NCBI GenBank assembly: GCA_028534125.1 | Contig: CM052816.1 | Location: 92,506,001-92,570,000, forward strand | From: Lama glama | Taxonomy: Eukaryota | Direction: 5' to 3' | Length of the DNA: 64,000 nt | Shown: piece by piece, positions 22,619 through 35,949 of the stretch | Layout: each line of letters starts with the position of its first letter | Position numbering within the stretch: position 1 is the stretch's first letter | The notes under the pieces: generated by a model | Seen by the model: only the letters and a program-made list of their open reading frames with translations | What the model was told of the DNA's origin: nothing | Database searches by the model: none | Position numbers and translations under genes: made by a program

Positions 22619-24277
22619 CTCATAAATCTTTATGTTCCTTGTTTCTAACCCAATGGATGGTACCAGTGATCATTAGTAAATTTCTGTGGAGTGAATTCAT
22701 ATTCTTTATATCAGTATCATGGTGGAAATGTAGTATAGCAAAGAGAAAACTGGCTCTGTGACCTTGGGCAGGTCATATACCCTCTCTAAGTGAAGACCGG
22801 AATGCCTCAGAACGCTGGCACCAAGCTTCATGATCTTTTCACTGTACCAGGTGATCCAAGACCTTAAAGAAACTGTTCATTTTAAGATAGCCTTGGACTT
22901 CACTGGGTCATAATTTCTGTTTTATGCAATAATTCACTGCATTGGTCTAGCCTTTGGGGTATGCAGGAGGCTGGGTTAAGGAATCTTCCTGGCAAGGAGA
23001 GAAAAACATTAGGTGTTTTAATAGCTATTCTCTTGCAAAATTAACCAGTTACTTGCAATCTTCTTGAATTATTTTTCAGAACATTTATAGCCAAAGCTTT
23101 GTGAGTAAGTCCAAACACGGACACTAGATGGCATCGTAAGGTCCTCATCTGCACCAGTTCCTGACAGCCCAGCAGGCCTTTCCCACCATTTACAGCAGAG
23201 TCTAGGGTGAAGAGAACTTAGAGAAATGTTCTTCCTTTTCTTTGTAGAGTCTATAAGTTTTCTTTTGAAAAGTAGGAACTGTGAATAGTATGCAGAGGAA
23301 CAAGGCTCTCAGGACAAACTCCATCCAGTGTGTATCAAGTCAGGAGACTAGATCTAAGTCCCAAGGCTAACACTTAGCAGGTGGATTTCTTGGAGAAACT
23401 CTATTTTCTGCCCTGAATGTGTCTCATAGGATTGCTGGGAGGACCATTCAGAGTTGTGTATGAGAATTTCCATGTGCTACAATTAAAAACCAAGGTTCTT
23501 TCTGCCTCTGCAGCCCTCTCCTTGGGAGGCTCCCACCTTGCACCAGCTCTGGGCATCTGCTACCCTGGCCCCTGCCTCCTCTTTGTCAACTGCAAGATCA
23601 CTCTAAAACACTCATAAAGGGCTCTGACATCAGATCTGTTTGTTTCAACCTTCTACTCAAACAGCTGAAACTGGAGGTCTTAGTGTCCTCCACGCCCGTG
23701 GTGTTCAGCTTCTCTTCAGCAGCTTAGTCCTGTGGCTGCACCTAGACCTTGTTATCATCTGGAAGTGAACCCCTTAAGACCATCAGCTTCATCCCACTAA
23801 GAGTCATCCCTCCTTTCTCCTCTTCCACCTGTTCATCCATTTCATTGTGATTCCAGCTCCTTCACTTCTTCCTTCTCTCCCTGTTCATCAGCCCCCACTT
23901 CTCTACACACAGAGCCCCTCTTTCTTGTCTTGCCCATGCTGTTTACTCTCTTGTCAACACCTACCACTCCCTCACTGCCTGTTCCCCCACTGCCTCCATC
24001 CCTCAGGGCCCCCATGAGACTAGTGCAGGCCTTTGAGGGAGCGCAGAGCACAGAGGTGAAGGAGCACAGGCGTGGAACTGAATGACTGCTCTGACGGTGG
24101 ACAGCTGTGTCACCCTGAGCACGTTATTAATCCCTCCGAGCGTCAGTATTGGGTATTTGAGAGGGGTGGAAGCATTATTTACAGGAGAATTAAGAGAAGG
24201 TAATAAGTAAAAAGATTTCTTTGGAACTTCTTTCTATGCTTTTATCTTTTGCATCTTCTGCATATATGATCTCCCCC

Positions 24278-25056
24278 TGTGATCCCGAGGTGCCTCTCTC
24301 TCGGGCAAGTGGATGGGTAGACTAGGATTATTAGAGTAAAATCCAAATAAGAGGTAGCGCGTAGTTTACTTCTAAAACAGATACTTGAGACATAAAACTG
24401 AAGGCCTGAGGACAGTAGGGCTTAGAGATTATGCCAAAATATAGTTTGGAAATAGAACAGAGGAGAACCAGGCATACCCACCTCCTATTCCGCCACCGCA
24501 ACCAGAGAGGATTGTGATGGCCACGAGGGAGGAGCCGGAACAGGGTGTGCCCTAGAAGGAAATGGGCAGGAAGGGGAGAGGAGCTGGGTATGTCCCTTTG
24601 TGGTCAGGCCGCCCGACACGGCTGTTCTCTTGCTCCCCGCACGTCCCCTGTGGGCCCAGTCCCTGCCTCACCTACACCCCCCTCTCCTGATTGACCTTCC
24701 CTCTTCAGTAAGTGCTGACTGACACGCTTGCCCCAGGCCCCAACAAGTGATTGTTCTAATCTTTAGATGAGAACATCTCCACCTTGGTAGCCTATCAGAG
24801 GGACCTGAGGGGCATGCTCCTCTGCTGGTTTCCCTGGTAACTGATGAGCCAACCTGACGTCAGCTCCCCCTGCCCCAGTAGTGAAGCCTGCCGCCACATT
24901 TGCCTGCAGTGGGGTCGTTCCAGGGCCTTGCTTCAGACAGGTAAGATCCCCCTGCGCATTAAACCATTGATGTCTCTGTCACTGACTCGGGGGTCTTCCT
25001 TTGCTCTTGAAGCTGGCCAGGTACTGAGCTTGCAGGCTTGTGGGTGCAGCCCAACA
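24278..25056 (+). mobile_element. Probable ERV1-class solo LTR
   Basis: TG start (tgtgatcccgagg) and CA end (gcagcccaaca); ATTAAA at 24958-24963 about 95 nt before the end; relatively CpG-rich. TSD not clean, so the left boundary is uncertain. Confidence 0.6.
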
Positions 25057-26094
25057 GTCCCTTTTCAAGAGTCCAACACTCACCTAGGCGTGAAATCATG
25101 GAACCTAGGTGGGCCCCTTAACCCCCAGAGCTGGGGCGTGGTAAGGCAATCCATGGCATACATTTAGTCACTTAGTCCTCCACAAAACCATTATTCCCTG
25201 CATTAATATGACACCACAAGACTATTATTGGCCCCTTTTACTGAAAAGGGTAGTAAGTGTCAGAGTCAGGGTTTTAACTCAGGCCAGCTGGCTTCAAAGA
25301 CCATGCCATGCTCTTAACCATCACACTACAGGGGCTTTCAATCAACATCAGTTCCCTACACTCACACCATCTGTTCAATGCCAGGATTAAGCAGCCCAGT
25401 TGGGAAAGTTAGGCCGCCATATGTTTCATGTTATTACTAGTTAAGGTCCAGACTCAGCTGGGCCTTCGGTTCTGCTCCTTCACCTGTCGTTTGTTCTTGG
25501 TCCTCTCCCCTCCCCAGTCCCTGCAGTGGGCCTCCAACTCCTAAACCTTCTTCATTCCCTGCCCTCCTCACCTTCAGCAATGAAATTGTCCATGATTCAC
25601 AGAGAAAACCAGTGCCGTTAGGGGTGGACTCTCGGCTTCTCTCCTCCCCTCAACTAACTTACCATCAAAGGCACCCTCTCCTCCTCCTTTCCAACCAGTT
25701 TTTGAGGAGGAGATGTGTCCATCTGTCCTATTATTTCAGACCATTCCCTCCCTCCCCTTTCGTCTCCACCAGGATTTCTATCAAGTGTCTCTTTTTCCCA
25801 TATCTTCAAACTTCCCCCTCTCTGCTGGGTCCTTTCAGCATATAAACAGGTAAGGTTTTTCCTCCCCTCCACATCACTTCCATCCATAACTGTCCTAGGT
25901 GTCAGAAATTTCCAAGCACCAGTCCCTGAACTCTTCCTGAGTAGTGATGAAATTTCACTAACTCATGAAAAAAAGAGAAAAATAAGAATGATATAGGGAG
26001 TTTCTCATTAAGCTAAATTAACTAAGTTTGAATGATTTTCTTTTGTCCTGACATTATGGCCTTTTAAAAAATTTTTTTTCTGATATTCTTTGTA

Positions 26095-26247
26095 TAGTAG
26101 GCCCTTTACATCTGCAGGTTCCACACCCTCAGATGCAGAGAGCTGACTGTACCACACCATGTTATGTAAGTGACTTTAGCATCCATGGCGTTTGATATCC
26201 TTGGGGGTCCCTGGTACCAATCCCTGACAGATCCTGAGGGATGACTG
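26095..26247. mobile_element. MER2-like Tigger MITE
   Basis: tagtaggccct...gagggatgactg degenerate terminal inverted repeats (TIRs) flanked by TA at 26093-26094 and 26248-26249. Confidence 0.75.
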
Positions 26248-26648
26248 TATGCCACCTTTCAGAGGTGTGAAAACTTCACTTGAACAATGAAAACAAGGTC
26301 TTTGCTGTGTTAAAACAGTGAGATTTGGGGCGTCTTTGTTATTGTGCACAGCCCAGATGTTCTCAGACTTTTTGGTTTCTGAGCATCTCTACATTCTTTA
26401 TACTCTTAAAAACTATTAAGGACCTGTATTGGCTGTATTTTCTTTCTGTATTCTTGATGTCTGGCATCTGGGAACTTGCTGGTCCAGGAGAGATGGCCCC
26501 TTTGAGGATTAGCTAATTCCTAGAGATAAACTCCTCCCCTGTGAGTACAGCTTTTATGTGCAAACTAACTAGTCCAAAGCTGTACCCTGCTCCCCACAAC
26601 CACCCCCTTTTTCTGGCAATCACAGGGCTTTTATACTTTTGGCCAATA

Positions 26649-29264
26649 CAGGGATACATCATTTTGCTGCACATCACAGATGCTGCATTTTTACAAACTG
26701 AAGGCATGTGACAACCTTGCATTGAGTAAGTCTGTTGGTGCCATTTTCCCAGCAGCATTAATGTTTTTTTAGTTGACGTCTAGTTGGTGACGTATAGTTG
26801 TGTTAATTTCTGATATACAGCATAGTGATTCATTTACATATATTATATATATATATATCTTTTCATATTCTTTTCCATTATAGGCTATTGCAAAGTATCG
26901 AATATAGTTCCCTGTGCTATACAATAGGTCCTTGTTGTTTATCTGTTGTATATTTTGTAGTTGATATCTGCAAATCCTGAAGTCCCACTTTATCCCTCCA
27001 CACGCCACCCCTTGCTCAGTAACCATAAGTTTGTTTTCTATGTCTAGGAGTCTTTTTTGTAAGTAAGTTCATTTGTGTCATTTTTTTTAAGATTCCACAT
27101 ATAAGTGATATCATATGGTATTTATCTTTCTCTTTCTGGCCTACTTCACTTAGTGTGACAGTGTCCAGGTCAATCCACGTTCTACAAATGGCATTATTTT
27201 ACTCTCTTTTATGGCTGAGTAGTATTCCATTGTATCCACAACTTCTTTATTCAGTTACCTGTCAGTGGACATTTAGGTTGCTTCCATGTCTTGGCTATTG
27301 TAAATAGTGCTGCTGTGAACATTGGGATGCATGTGTCTTTTCAAATTAAAGCTTGTGTCTTTTCCAGTTACAATGGCCAGGAGCGGAATTGCTAGGTCAT
27401 GTGGTAACTCTATCTTTAGTTTTTTGAGGAATCGCCATACTGTTTTCCATAATGGTTACACCAAACTACATTCCCACCAACAGTGTAGGAGGTTCCCTTT
27501 CTCCACACCTTCTCCAGCATTTATCTTTTGTGGACTTTATTATGATGGCCATTCTGACCAGTGTGAGGTGATGCCTCATTATAGTTTGATTTGCATTTCT
27601 CTGATAATTAGCAATGTTTCATGTGCATATTGGTCATCTGTATGTCTTCATTCAAGGTATGTCTGTTTAGGTCTTCTGCCCTTTTTTGATTGAGTTATTT
27701 GTTTTTGTTTTTTTTTTTTAATATTGAGTTGTATGAGCTGTTTATATATTCTGGAATTTAAGCCCTTGTCAGTCACATCATTTGCAAATGTTTTCTCCCA
27801 TTCTGTAGGCTGTCTTTTTGTTTATAGTTTCCTTTGCTGTGCAAAAGCGTTTAAGTTTAATTAAGTCCCATTTGTTTATTTTTTTTTATATCTATTTCCT
27901 GGGTAGGATGCCCTAGGAGAACATTGCTGAGATTTATATCAGAGAATGTTTTGCCTATGTTTTCTTCTAGGAGCTTTATAGTGGCTTGTCTTCTGTTTAA
28001 GTTTAAGCCATTTTGAGTTTATTTTTGTGTATAGTGTGTGAGAGTGTCCTAACTTCATTGATTTACATGCAGCTGTCCTGTTTCTCAACATCACTTGCTG
28101 AAGAGGCTGTCTTTTCTCCATTGTATGTTCTTGCCTCCTTTCTCAAAGATTAATTGACTGTAGGTGTGTGGGTTTATTTCTGAGCTCTCTATTCTATTCT
28201 GAACCATGTGTCTGTTTTTTGTGCCAATACCATGCTGTTTTGATTATTGTATCTCTGTAATATTGTCTGAAGTCTGGAAGGGTTATTTCTACAGCTTCAT
28301 TCCTTTTCTTCAGTATTGTTTTAGCAATTTTGGGTCTTTTGTGATTCCATATAAATTTTAGGATTATTTGTTATAGTTCTGTGAAAAATCTCATGGATAA
28401 TTTGATAGGGATTACATTAAATCCATAGATTGCTTTGGGTAGCATGGCCATTTTAACAACATTAATTCTTCCAGTCCAAGAGCATGGGATATATTTCCAT
28501 TTATTTAAATCATATTTAATTTCCTTAATCAATGTTTCGTAGTTCTCCAGTTATAAGTCTTTTACCTCCTTGGTCACAGATATTCCTAAGTATTTTATTT
28601 TTTGAATGTGATTTTAAAAGAGATTGTTTCCTTACTTTCTTTTTCTGATATTTCATTGTTAGTGTAAAGAAATGCGACTGATTTCTGTATATTCATTTTA
28701 TATCCTGCTACCTTGCTGAATTCTTTTATCAGCTCTAGTAGTTTTTGTGTGGAGCCTTTAGAGTTTTCTGTATATAGTATCATGTCAGTCTCATATAGAG
28801 ACAATTTTATCTCTTCTCTTCCAATTTGGATCCCTTTTCTTTCTTTTTCTTGTCTGCTATGGCTAGGACTTCCAACACTATGTTGAACAGAAATGGTGAG
28901 AGTGAGAATCTTTGTCTTGTTCCAGATTTTAGTGGGAAGGCTTTCAGCTTTTCACCATTGAGTATTATGTTGGTTGTGGGTTTGTCATAAATCGCTTCTA
29001 TGTTTTCTATTGTTTTTAACCTCAATTTTATTATTTCCTCCCTGATATTTATTACTTCTTTCATTTCAGCAGCATTACTTTTTAATTAAGGTATGTACAT
29101 TTCTTAGACATAATGCTGTTGTACACATAGTAGACCACAGTGTGGTGTTAACATAACTATAATATGCACTGGAAACCAAAAATTCATGTGACTTGCCTTA
29201 TTGCCACATTTGCTTTGTTGTGGTAGTCTGGAACCAAACCCACAGTATCTCCAAGGTATGCCTG
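26649..29264. mobile_element. Internally deleted Tigger1 derivative (Tigger1a-like), split by L1
   Basis: CAGGGATACATC...AGGTATGCCTG TIRs with TA TSD (26647-26648, 29265-29266); Tigger1 5' and 3' ends joined without transposase. Confidence 0.88.
26761..29066 (-). mobile_element. 5'-truncated cetartiodactyl-type L1 (ORF2 3' part and 3' UTR)
   Basis: ORF2 fragments [28 protein letters not shown] and [36 protein letters not shown]; artiodactyl-type 3' UTR; TSD cagcagcatta at 26750-26760 and 29067-29077. Confidence 0.93.
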
Positions 29265-30079
29265 TATTTCCCTTTCCTAATCACTCCAGGGCCAGATACA
29301 AGAAACCCTAGGACAGCCCCTACACCCTAAAGCCTGCTGAAATTATTAAAACTAGCTAATCCTAAGGCTGCTTACCTTGCCTTGCCTGTTCCCTTCTGCA
29401 AAAAACCACAGTAAGGCTCTTACCCATGCTTTCCCCTTGCTCATTCTACCTGCAGAGTAACTAGTGCTTCCTTGTGTGGCCCTGCGTGACATGGCAGACC
29501 CCCTGCTCTTGGGAACAAAGTCCCCTTTCAGTGAGAGTCAGCTCCTGATCTGTTGACCTAACCAGACCTGAATAATAATAAAGCCTACATTTAAAAACTG
29601 GACCTCAGTAAGCTTTTCTTTATGTGGTTTCTATATATTGATATTTACTGTTTTAGATATTAAAACTGAGAATTTTAAAAAATATGTATTAAATTCTTTA
29701 AAATAATGAACCCATTATCTATTATCATAATAACATCTTAATGAAAAATAACTATATTTTCCAAAAAAACCAAAAATAATTGTGAGAAGAGTACCACTAT
29801 TTCAATTTTTGCAAATCTCTTTAATGTCTGGCTTAATTGAATGAAGCCAGATTTTTGGGTCTGATTCTGCAGTCAAAGAGCTGTGGTATCACATTCTGGA
29901 AGACACAATACATTCATGAAAGATTGAGAATGAAAAAGGCAAATAGCATTTTATTATTTTTAATAATTGATTTTGAAATTGATTTTAACTTCATAGTCCC
30001 ACTGAAAAGAGCCCAAGACCACACTTTGAGAATGCTAACCTAGACAATCTTGACTAATACAGACAAGTTTTTAAAATTT

Positions 30080-31695
30080 TTGTTTTATTTTTTCTTCCAG
30101 TTTTATTGTGATATAACTGACACACAGCACTAAGTTCACAGTGTACAGCATAATAATTTGACTTACATCATGAAATGATTATCACAGTAAGTTTAGTAAA
30201 CATCCATTATCTCATATTGATGCAAAATTAAAGAAACAGGGAAAAAACATTTTTTCCCTCCAGATTAGAACTCTTAGGATTTACTCTCTTAACTTTCATG
30301 TATAACATAAGCAGTGTTAATTATATTTATCATGTTGTGCATTACAGGCCTAGTACTTATTTATCTTATAACTGGAAGTTTGTACCTTTTGACTGCCTTC
30401 ATCCAATATCCCATTCCCACCCCTGCCCCTGGTGTCAACAAATCTGATCTCTTTTTCCATGAGTTTGTTTGCTTTTGAAGTACAGTTGACCCACAACACT
30501 GTTAATTCCTGATATACAACATAGTGATTCAGTATTTCCATACGTTTCAAAATGATCAAGATGGTAAGTCTAGCTACCACCTGTCACCATACAAAGAGAT
30601 TACATAATTACTTACTGTTTTCCACACTGTACGTTTTATACCTGTGACTCATTTATTTTGCAACTAGAAGTTTGTATCTCAATTTCCCTTACCTATGTCA
30701 TACCTCCTCCCGACATTACTCCCCTTTGGCAACCACTTGTTTATTTTCTGTTTCCATTTTGTTTTCTTCTGTTTTGTTCTGTTTATTCATTTGTTTTGTT
30801 TTTTAGATTCCACATGTAAGTGGTATCATAATTTGCCTTTATCTGACTTATTTCATTTAGCATAATGCCCTCTAGGTCCATCCGTGTTGTCACAAATGGC
30901 AAGATTTCATTCTTTTATGGTTGAGTAATAGTCCGTTGTGTGTGTGTGTGTATCTCACATCTTCTTTATCCATTCTTCTGTTGATGGGCACTTAGGTTGC
31001 TTCCATATCTTGGCTATTATAAATTATGCTGCTATGAACATAGGGTTGCATATATCTTTTCTAATTAGTGTTTTTACTTTCCTTGGATAAATACCCAATA
31101 GTGGAATTGCTGGATTATATGGTAGTTCTATTTTTAATTTTTTTGAGGAATTTCCATACTATTTTCCATAGTGGCTACACCAATTTACTTTCCCACACAC
31201 TCTGCATTTATTATTTGTAGACTTTCTGTTGTTGGCCATTCTGCCAGGTATGAGGTGATATCTCATTGTACTTTTTATTTGCATTTCCCTAATAATTAGC
31301 AATGTTGAGCACCTTTTCATGTGCCCGTTGGCCATCTGGATGTATTCTTTGGAGAAATATCTATTTAGGTCTTCTGTCCATTTTTTGATTTGGTCTTTTG
31401 TTTGTTTGTTATTGAGTTGTATGAGCTGTTTGTATGTTTTTGAAATTAAGCCGTTATCAGTCACATCCTTTGCAGATACTTTCTCCCAGTCCATAGGTTG
31501 TTTTTCCATTTAGTTTATGATTTCCTGTGCAAAAGCTTATAAGTCTGGATAGGTCCCATTTGTTTATTTTTGCTTTCATTTCTATTGTCTTGGGAGACTG
31601 ACCTAAGAAAACATTGCTTATGATTTATGTCAGAGAATGTTTTGCCTAAGTTCTCTTCTAGGAGTTTTATGGTGTTATGTCTTATGTTTAAGTCT
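30080..31695 (-). mobile_element. 5'-truncated L1 (L1MA9/L1_Art-like)
   Basis: T-rich tail near 30080; ORF2 C-terminal fragment [22 protein letters not shown] (ORF 31159-31509); long L1MA-type 3' UTR. Confidence 0.9.
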
Positions 31696-31797
31696 TAGAA
31701 TTCTTATTATGTTTTATTAACAAACCCTTGGAGAGTGCTGAGGGAAGGATTGGGAAGAATCAGAGAAGGATCACTGTGTTGAAAACAGTCATCTAGA

Positions 31798-32630
31798 CCA
31801 TCAAGAAAGTGAAAAGTCAACCCACAGTGTGAGAGAAAATATTTGTAAATGATATGTTTGATAAAGGATCTATATCCAGAATATATATTTTAAAAAAAAA
31901 ACTATTTTACCTCGACACTAAAAAAAAAACCCATTTTTTAAAAATGTAGACATTTCTCCAAAGAAGATAAAAATGGCCAACAAGTACATGAAAAGATGTT
32001 CAGTGCCATTAGTCATTATGGAAATGCAAGTGCAAGTCAACCACAGTGAGATAGAATTTCACACCCACTAGGATGACTAAAATTAAAATACAGACAATAA
32101 CAAATGTTGACATGGATGCGGAAGAATCTTAAAAAAAAAAACCTTGTATATAGATGTTCAAAGTAGCATAGCCAAAAAGGAGAAGCAATTTAAATGTTCA
32201 TCAACTGATGAATAGATGAATAAAATGGATTTATTCTAGATGAATAAAATTTATATTCAGACAATAGATTATTGTTTTTCATTAAAAAGTAATGAAGTAT
32301 CAATACATATTATGTGGATAGTCCTCAGAAACATGCTGTGTGAAAGAAGTCAGTCACAAAAGGCCACATATTGCATGATTCCATGTGTATGAAAGTCCAG
32401 AATATGCAAGTCTATAGACACAGGTTTCCAGAGGCTGAGGAGATGGGGTTTTATTCAGTAATAAAAATATTCTAAAATTAGACGGTGCTAATTCCACAAC
32501 TTGTGACTTTTGTGACTGGTACTAAAATGTACTGAATTTTACACTTTAAAAAGGTAAATTTCATGGTATGTAACAACTCAGCAAAGCTATAATTTAAAAA
32601 AATAGTATTTAAAATGTTTAAAAAGAAAAA
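31798..32630 (+). mobile_element. L1MB-type LINE 3' end
   Basis: ccatcaagaaagtgaaaagtcaacccacag...catgaaaagatgttca...gaaagaagtcagtcacaaaaggccacatattgcatgattcc...acactttaaaaaggtaaatttcatggtatg. Confidence 0.85.
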
Positions 32631-34879
32631 TATTTATAAATATAACTTTTGTCAATAGTATTGTCATTAGTAATCGAAGCACAGAAGAAAATATGTACAA
32701 AAATTGGTGAAAGCCATCCTCTGACCGATTTGCCTCATGGCAGGTTCAGCACCAGGGACAGCTCTCCCCGAATGCCATCTTTTCAAAGTAACTTACAAAA
32801 GGCTGTTGAGATCCTGCAAAAGTTTTCTAAAAGTGACATCTCTATTACGCTTTTGTTCTTTTCAACAATGCCACATGTTATGGCAGCAATGCTTGCCTTT
32901 ATTTGTACATTTTGTGAGCAGTTGACTAGGAGACAAAGGATCTACTATAATATCTCATTAGTCCACTTAGCAAAATATACTGATTGATTGTTATGTGCCA
33001 GGCACTCACTTGGCATGAGATCTGAGACAAGTAACTTGCCTCTATTAGCTTCATTTTCTTATTCAAAACTTTTGAATAATTACACATTGCATGATAAACT
33101 AAGACAGTATTTGTGTAATAAGTTATATGACATATTCATGAAAGGTATTTTTATTGCTGAATTCTTGAACAAGTCATCTCATTGCATTATTAAGCAATTT
33201 ATTTTATTCTGGGAGTATGTAACATTCATGACACTAGAAGCCCAGACTAATATCCAGGTCATACTCTGGCTTAAAGTTAATTCTGTTAAGAGACTTCATG
33301 GTAATAATCGTCTTCTTAAGCATGCTTCAGATGGGCACAAATTTCTAAGACATAACCCTGGATGTGGCCTGGAAATGGACCCATTTCTAAATATCAGGAA
33401 AGGATTAAAAGCTATGTACCTGATCCTTCACATTTCTAAATTTAGTCCAAAGATGAACTGCACATAACTACAGATACCTGTCCCCTACACATATTTCCTT
33501 TGATCAATCCTGTTGTAACAGAATTTACCTATAAGGTGGATGTTAATTCTAACTTCATGTAGCACTGTTATAAAAGAATTGTGGAAGAAATAGCACTTCA
33601 AAATAAGAAGTTATGTAGAAATTTCCCACAAATGTTTGAACAGAAAAACTGTCAAATCATGTGACCTCATGTTTTCATCTGTATGACTGTGGTGGGGAAG
33701 GGGGACGAGATGATCTACTAAGATCTAACTAAGAGTATATGGTTCAGTTTCACTGAGTTTCATTACTCTCAGTCTTATTCAGATGGTTCCACTTTAGTTG
33801 CCATTTTCCAATCTTACTCATATTTAAAAATCAGCATAATTCACACAGGATGCTTAACTCCTCCAGATTCCATAAAGCCAGATGCTACTTCCTTAAGAAG
33901 AAAAAAACATTAAAAATATTGATTTTTAAAAGGGAACAGAGTGGAAGGCATTCACTTGATCTCTCAGTGTCCATTATTTCCTTTCTCTGGCTTAAGTAAA
34001 AACTTTATTTAAGAGATCATAGTATATTTCTGTATGTACCCTGAGGTTCATTAACACAAAAGTTGTAAATAGTACTTCTCTTCCTGAGGAAAGAAAGAGC
34101 ATCACTTTGAGCAGGCACACACTGGGGACTCTAGTGTTCTGAGAAGTTGGGAGATGGGTCTTGAGTCCAAATATCTTAAAAAGCAAATACTTCCCATTTG
34201 CATTCTATGATCACTCTTTCATTTAATCCTTACGTTTTCCTTCAGTGATTATTTATTGCTTTCTTCAACTATAAGCCCATTCTGCAATACAGCTGTTCTT
34301 TTGTGGTGCGTAGAATTTCAACAGTCTGCTTCCTTTCCTTAATAATTTCCCCAACTTACTCAACTGCCTATATTCTTCTTCAAGGTTTAAATGGGCCATA
34401 TCATTTCATATCACTCAGCAACATTTATTACATTTAGAATATCTTGTCCTCAAATGTGCTAATGTAGTGTGTTTCTGGTCAGTTTTAGAGCTCCATCAGA
34501 AAAAAAAATAGCCAGCCCATAATAAATAATATATACTTAAAGGAGCACTTGAGATGAGAGACTGAAACTGAAATCCATATTGACAAAATTCATGTAATAC
34601 TTAGAAATCAGCCTCCAACATAAACTATTTTATCAACTTCCTTCAGGCTAAAGGCAAGCCATATCATGTCTATTATATTGGGTTTAAGACCGCAAATTCA
34701 GTTCCCACAGATTTATAGCACAAAAGTATTCACAAGCCCTGCCCTTCTTAGTTTGGACCGCAGACTCAGGAATGCAGCCAGATCATGTGTTGCAGGTAGA
34801 TTCTATATTCTGGATGTGACGCTCAACCCTGTGCTCATTTCTCCATGACTTCTGTTCCATTCTCCAGTGCCAAGAAAGG

Positions 34880-35340
34880 TGTTTTTGTCACCCAGTGTCC
34901 CAAGAATCTTCCTTAGAACACCCTGAATTCTTTTGGGGGAGTAGTCTTTCCTCTCTATGCGCATGTGATGTTGGTGGAACTGTGCCTGAGGGAAGCAGCC
35001 CTCCTGCTACTACTGACACCCTACGGAGTCCTGAGCTCCTCCTAGTAGGTCCCAGTGTATCTAGAGGCTGGGAACAGGATGAGTCCAGTGGTTTCTCCTG
35101 GGAATTTGTCACTTGAGCCAGTGATGGAAGTTTGAAGTAAGACCGGAATTCATTCATTTCAGTGGAAGCAACCCAACCAGACTGCTGCAACTATGGACCA
35201 TCTCTGGAATTCCTGCTTTCTCCCTGCTGGGGCTGCCTCAATTCCAAGATGAATTTTCTGGTCTTCCTAATACTTTTCTTTCTTTTAAGTTGGTCAGAGT
35301 CAGTTCCTGCTACTTACAACCAAAGAACCTGACCAACTCA
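34880..35340 (+). mobile_element. Old MLT1 (K/L-like) MaLR LTR
   Basis: 3' end tttaagttggtcagagtcagttcctgctacttacaaccaaagaacctgac is typical of MLT1K/L; left boundary approximate. Confidence 0.5.
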
Positions 35341-35949
35341 TTTCTAACTTCAGGTGAGTCTCTTGCCATGTTGAATGACTACTTAACAACAGTCAGTGCT
35401 GTGTGCTAATGCCAGATAAAATGCTGAAGCACTTACAGGGCCAGAACTATCTTGGGGGAATTATTGCACAGAAGGTCTTTGCTTTCTGTCCAGAAAACTA
35501 GAGCGTCGAAGAACCACTATAAAACACTATTAAAAGGAAGTTGGGTCGTGAGTTTTTGTATCTTCAAACCTCAGATGTTAATTTTTTAACTTTAATTTTT
35601 TTAGTAAAAGCTGCACCGAAGTTTCAGACTCTAAGAATAAAATTAACCACAATCCCATCTTAATTCAGTGTTTTCACGTGTTCATGTCATCTGCTAGTCC
35701 TAGTCTATGTTCAGAACTCAATTTTATTATCAGTGTTGTCAAGGATTATATTTAACACCTTTTGTTATTTTATCATGCATATGTTTCCATTTTGCCAGTC
35801 TCCTTTCATTTTTCCCTCACCTCTCCCTCCTACTACCCATAGATAAACAAATGCTAAGAGCAACAAACTCTGCGTGTTGCTGTTTTCACTTCACAATACA
35901 TCATGAATTCCCTCCAGTCAGCTGGATCTAATTTATTCTTTTTATTTGG

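Larger units (their letters stand above)
26425..29599 (+). mobile_element. MER74A-like ERVL LTR, split by Tigger1; own sequence 26425-26648 and 29265-29599
   Basis: tgtatt...ttctgtattcttgatg...ctaattcctagagata...gggccag...ggacagccccta...cctgaataataataaagcctacatttaaaaac matches recalled MER74A; perfect TSD GGACC at 26420-26424 and 29600-29604. Confidence 0.85.
26354..30037. mobile_element. hAT-Charlie (MER119/Charlie7-like) element, split by nested insertions; own sequence about 26354-26424 and 29600-30037
   Basis: cagatgttctcag...tactcttaaaaactattaaggacc resumes as ggacctcagtaagctttt...ccacactttgagaatgct with Charlie-type TIR ends. Confidence 0.7.

Noticed and set aside
32649..33467. Abutting 112-aa and 159-aa plus-strand ORFs in AT-rich DNA
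   Set aside because: TTG starts, no recognisable homology, partly overlapping an L2-like remnant; no exon structure evident.
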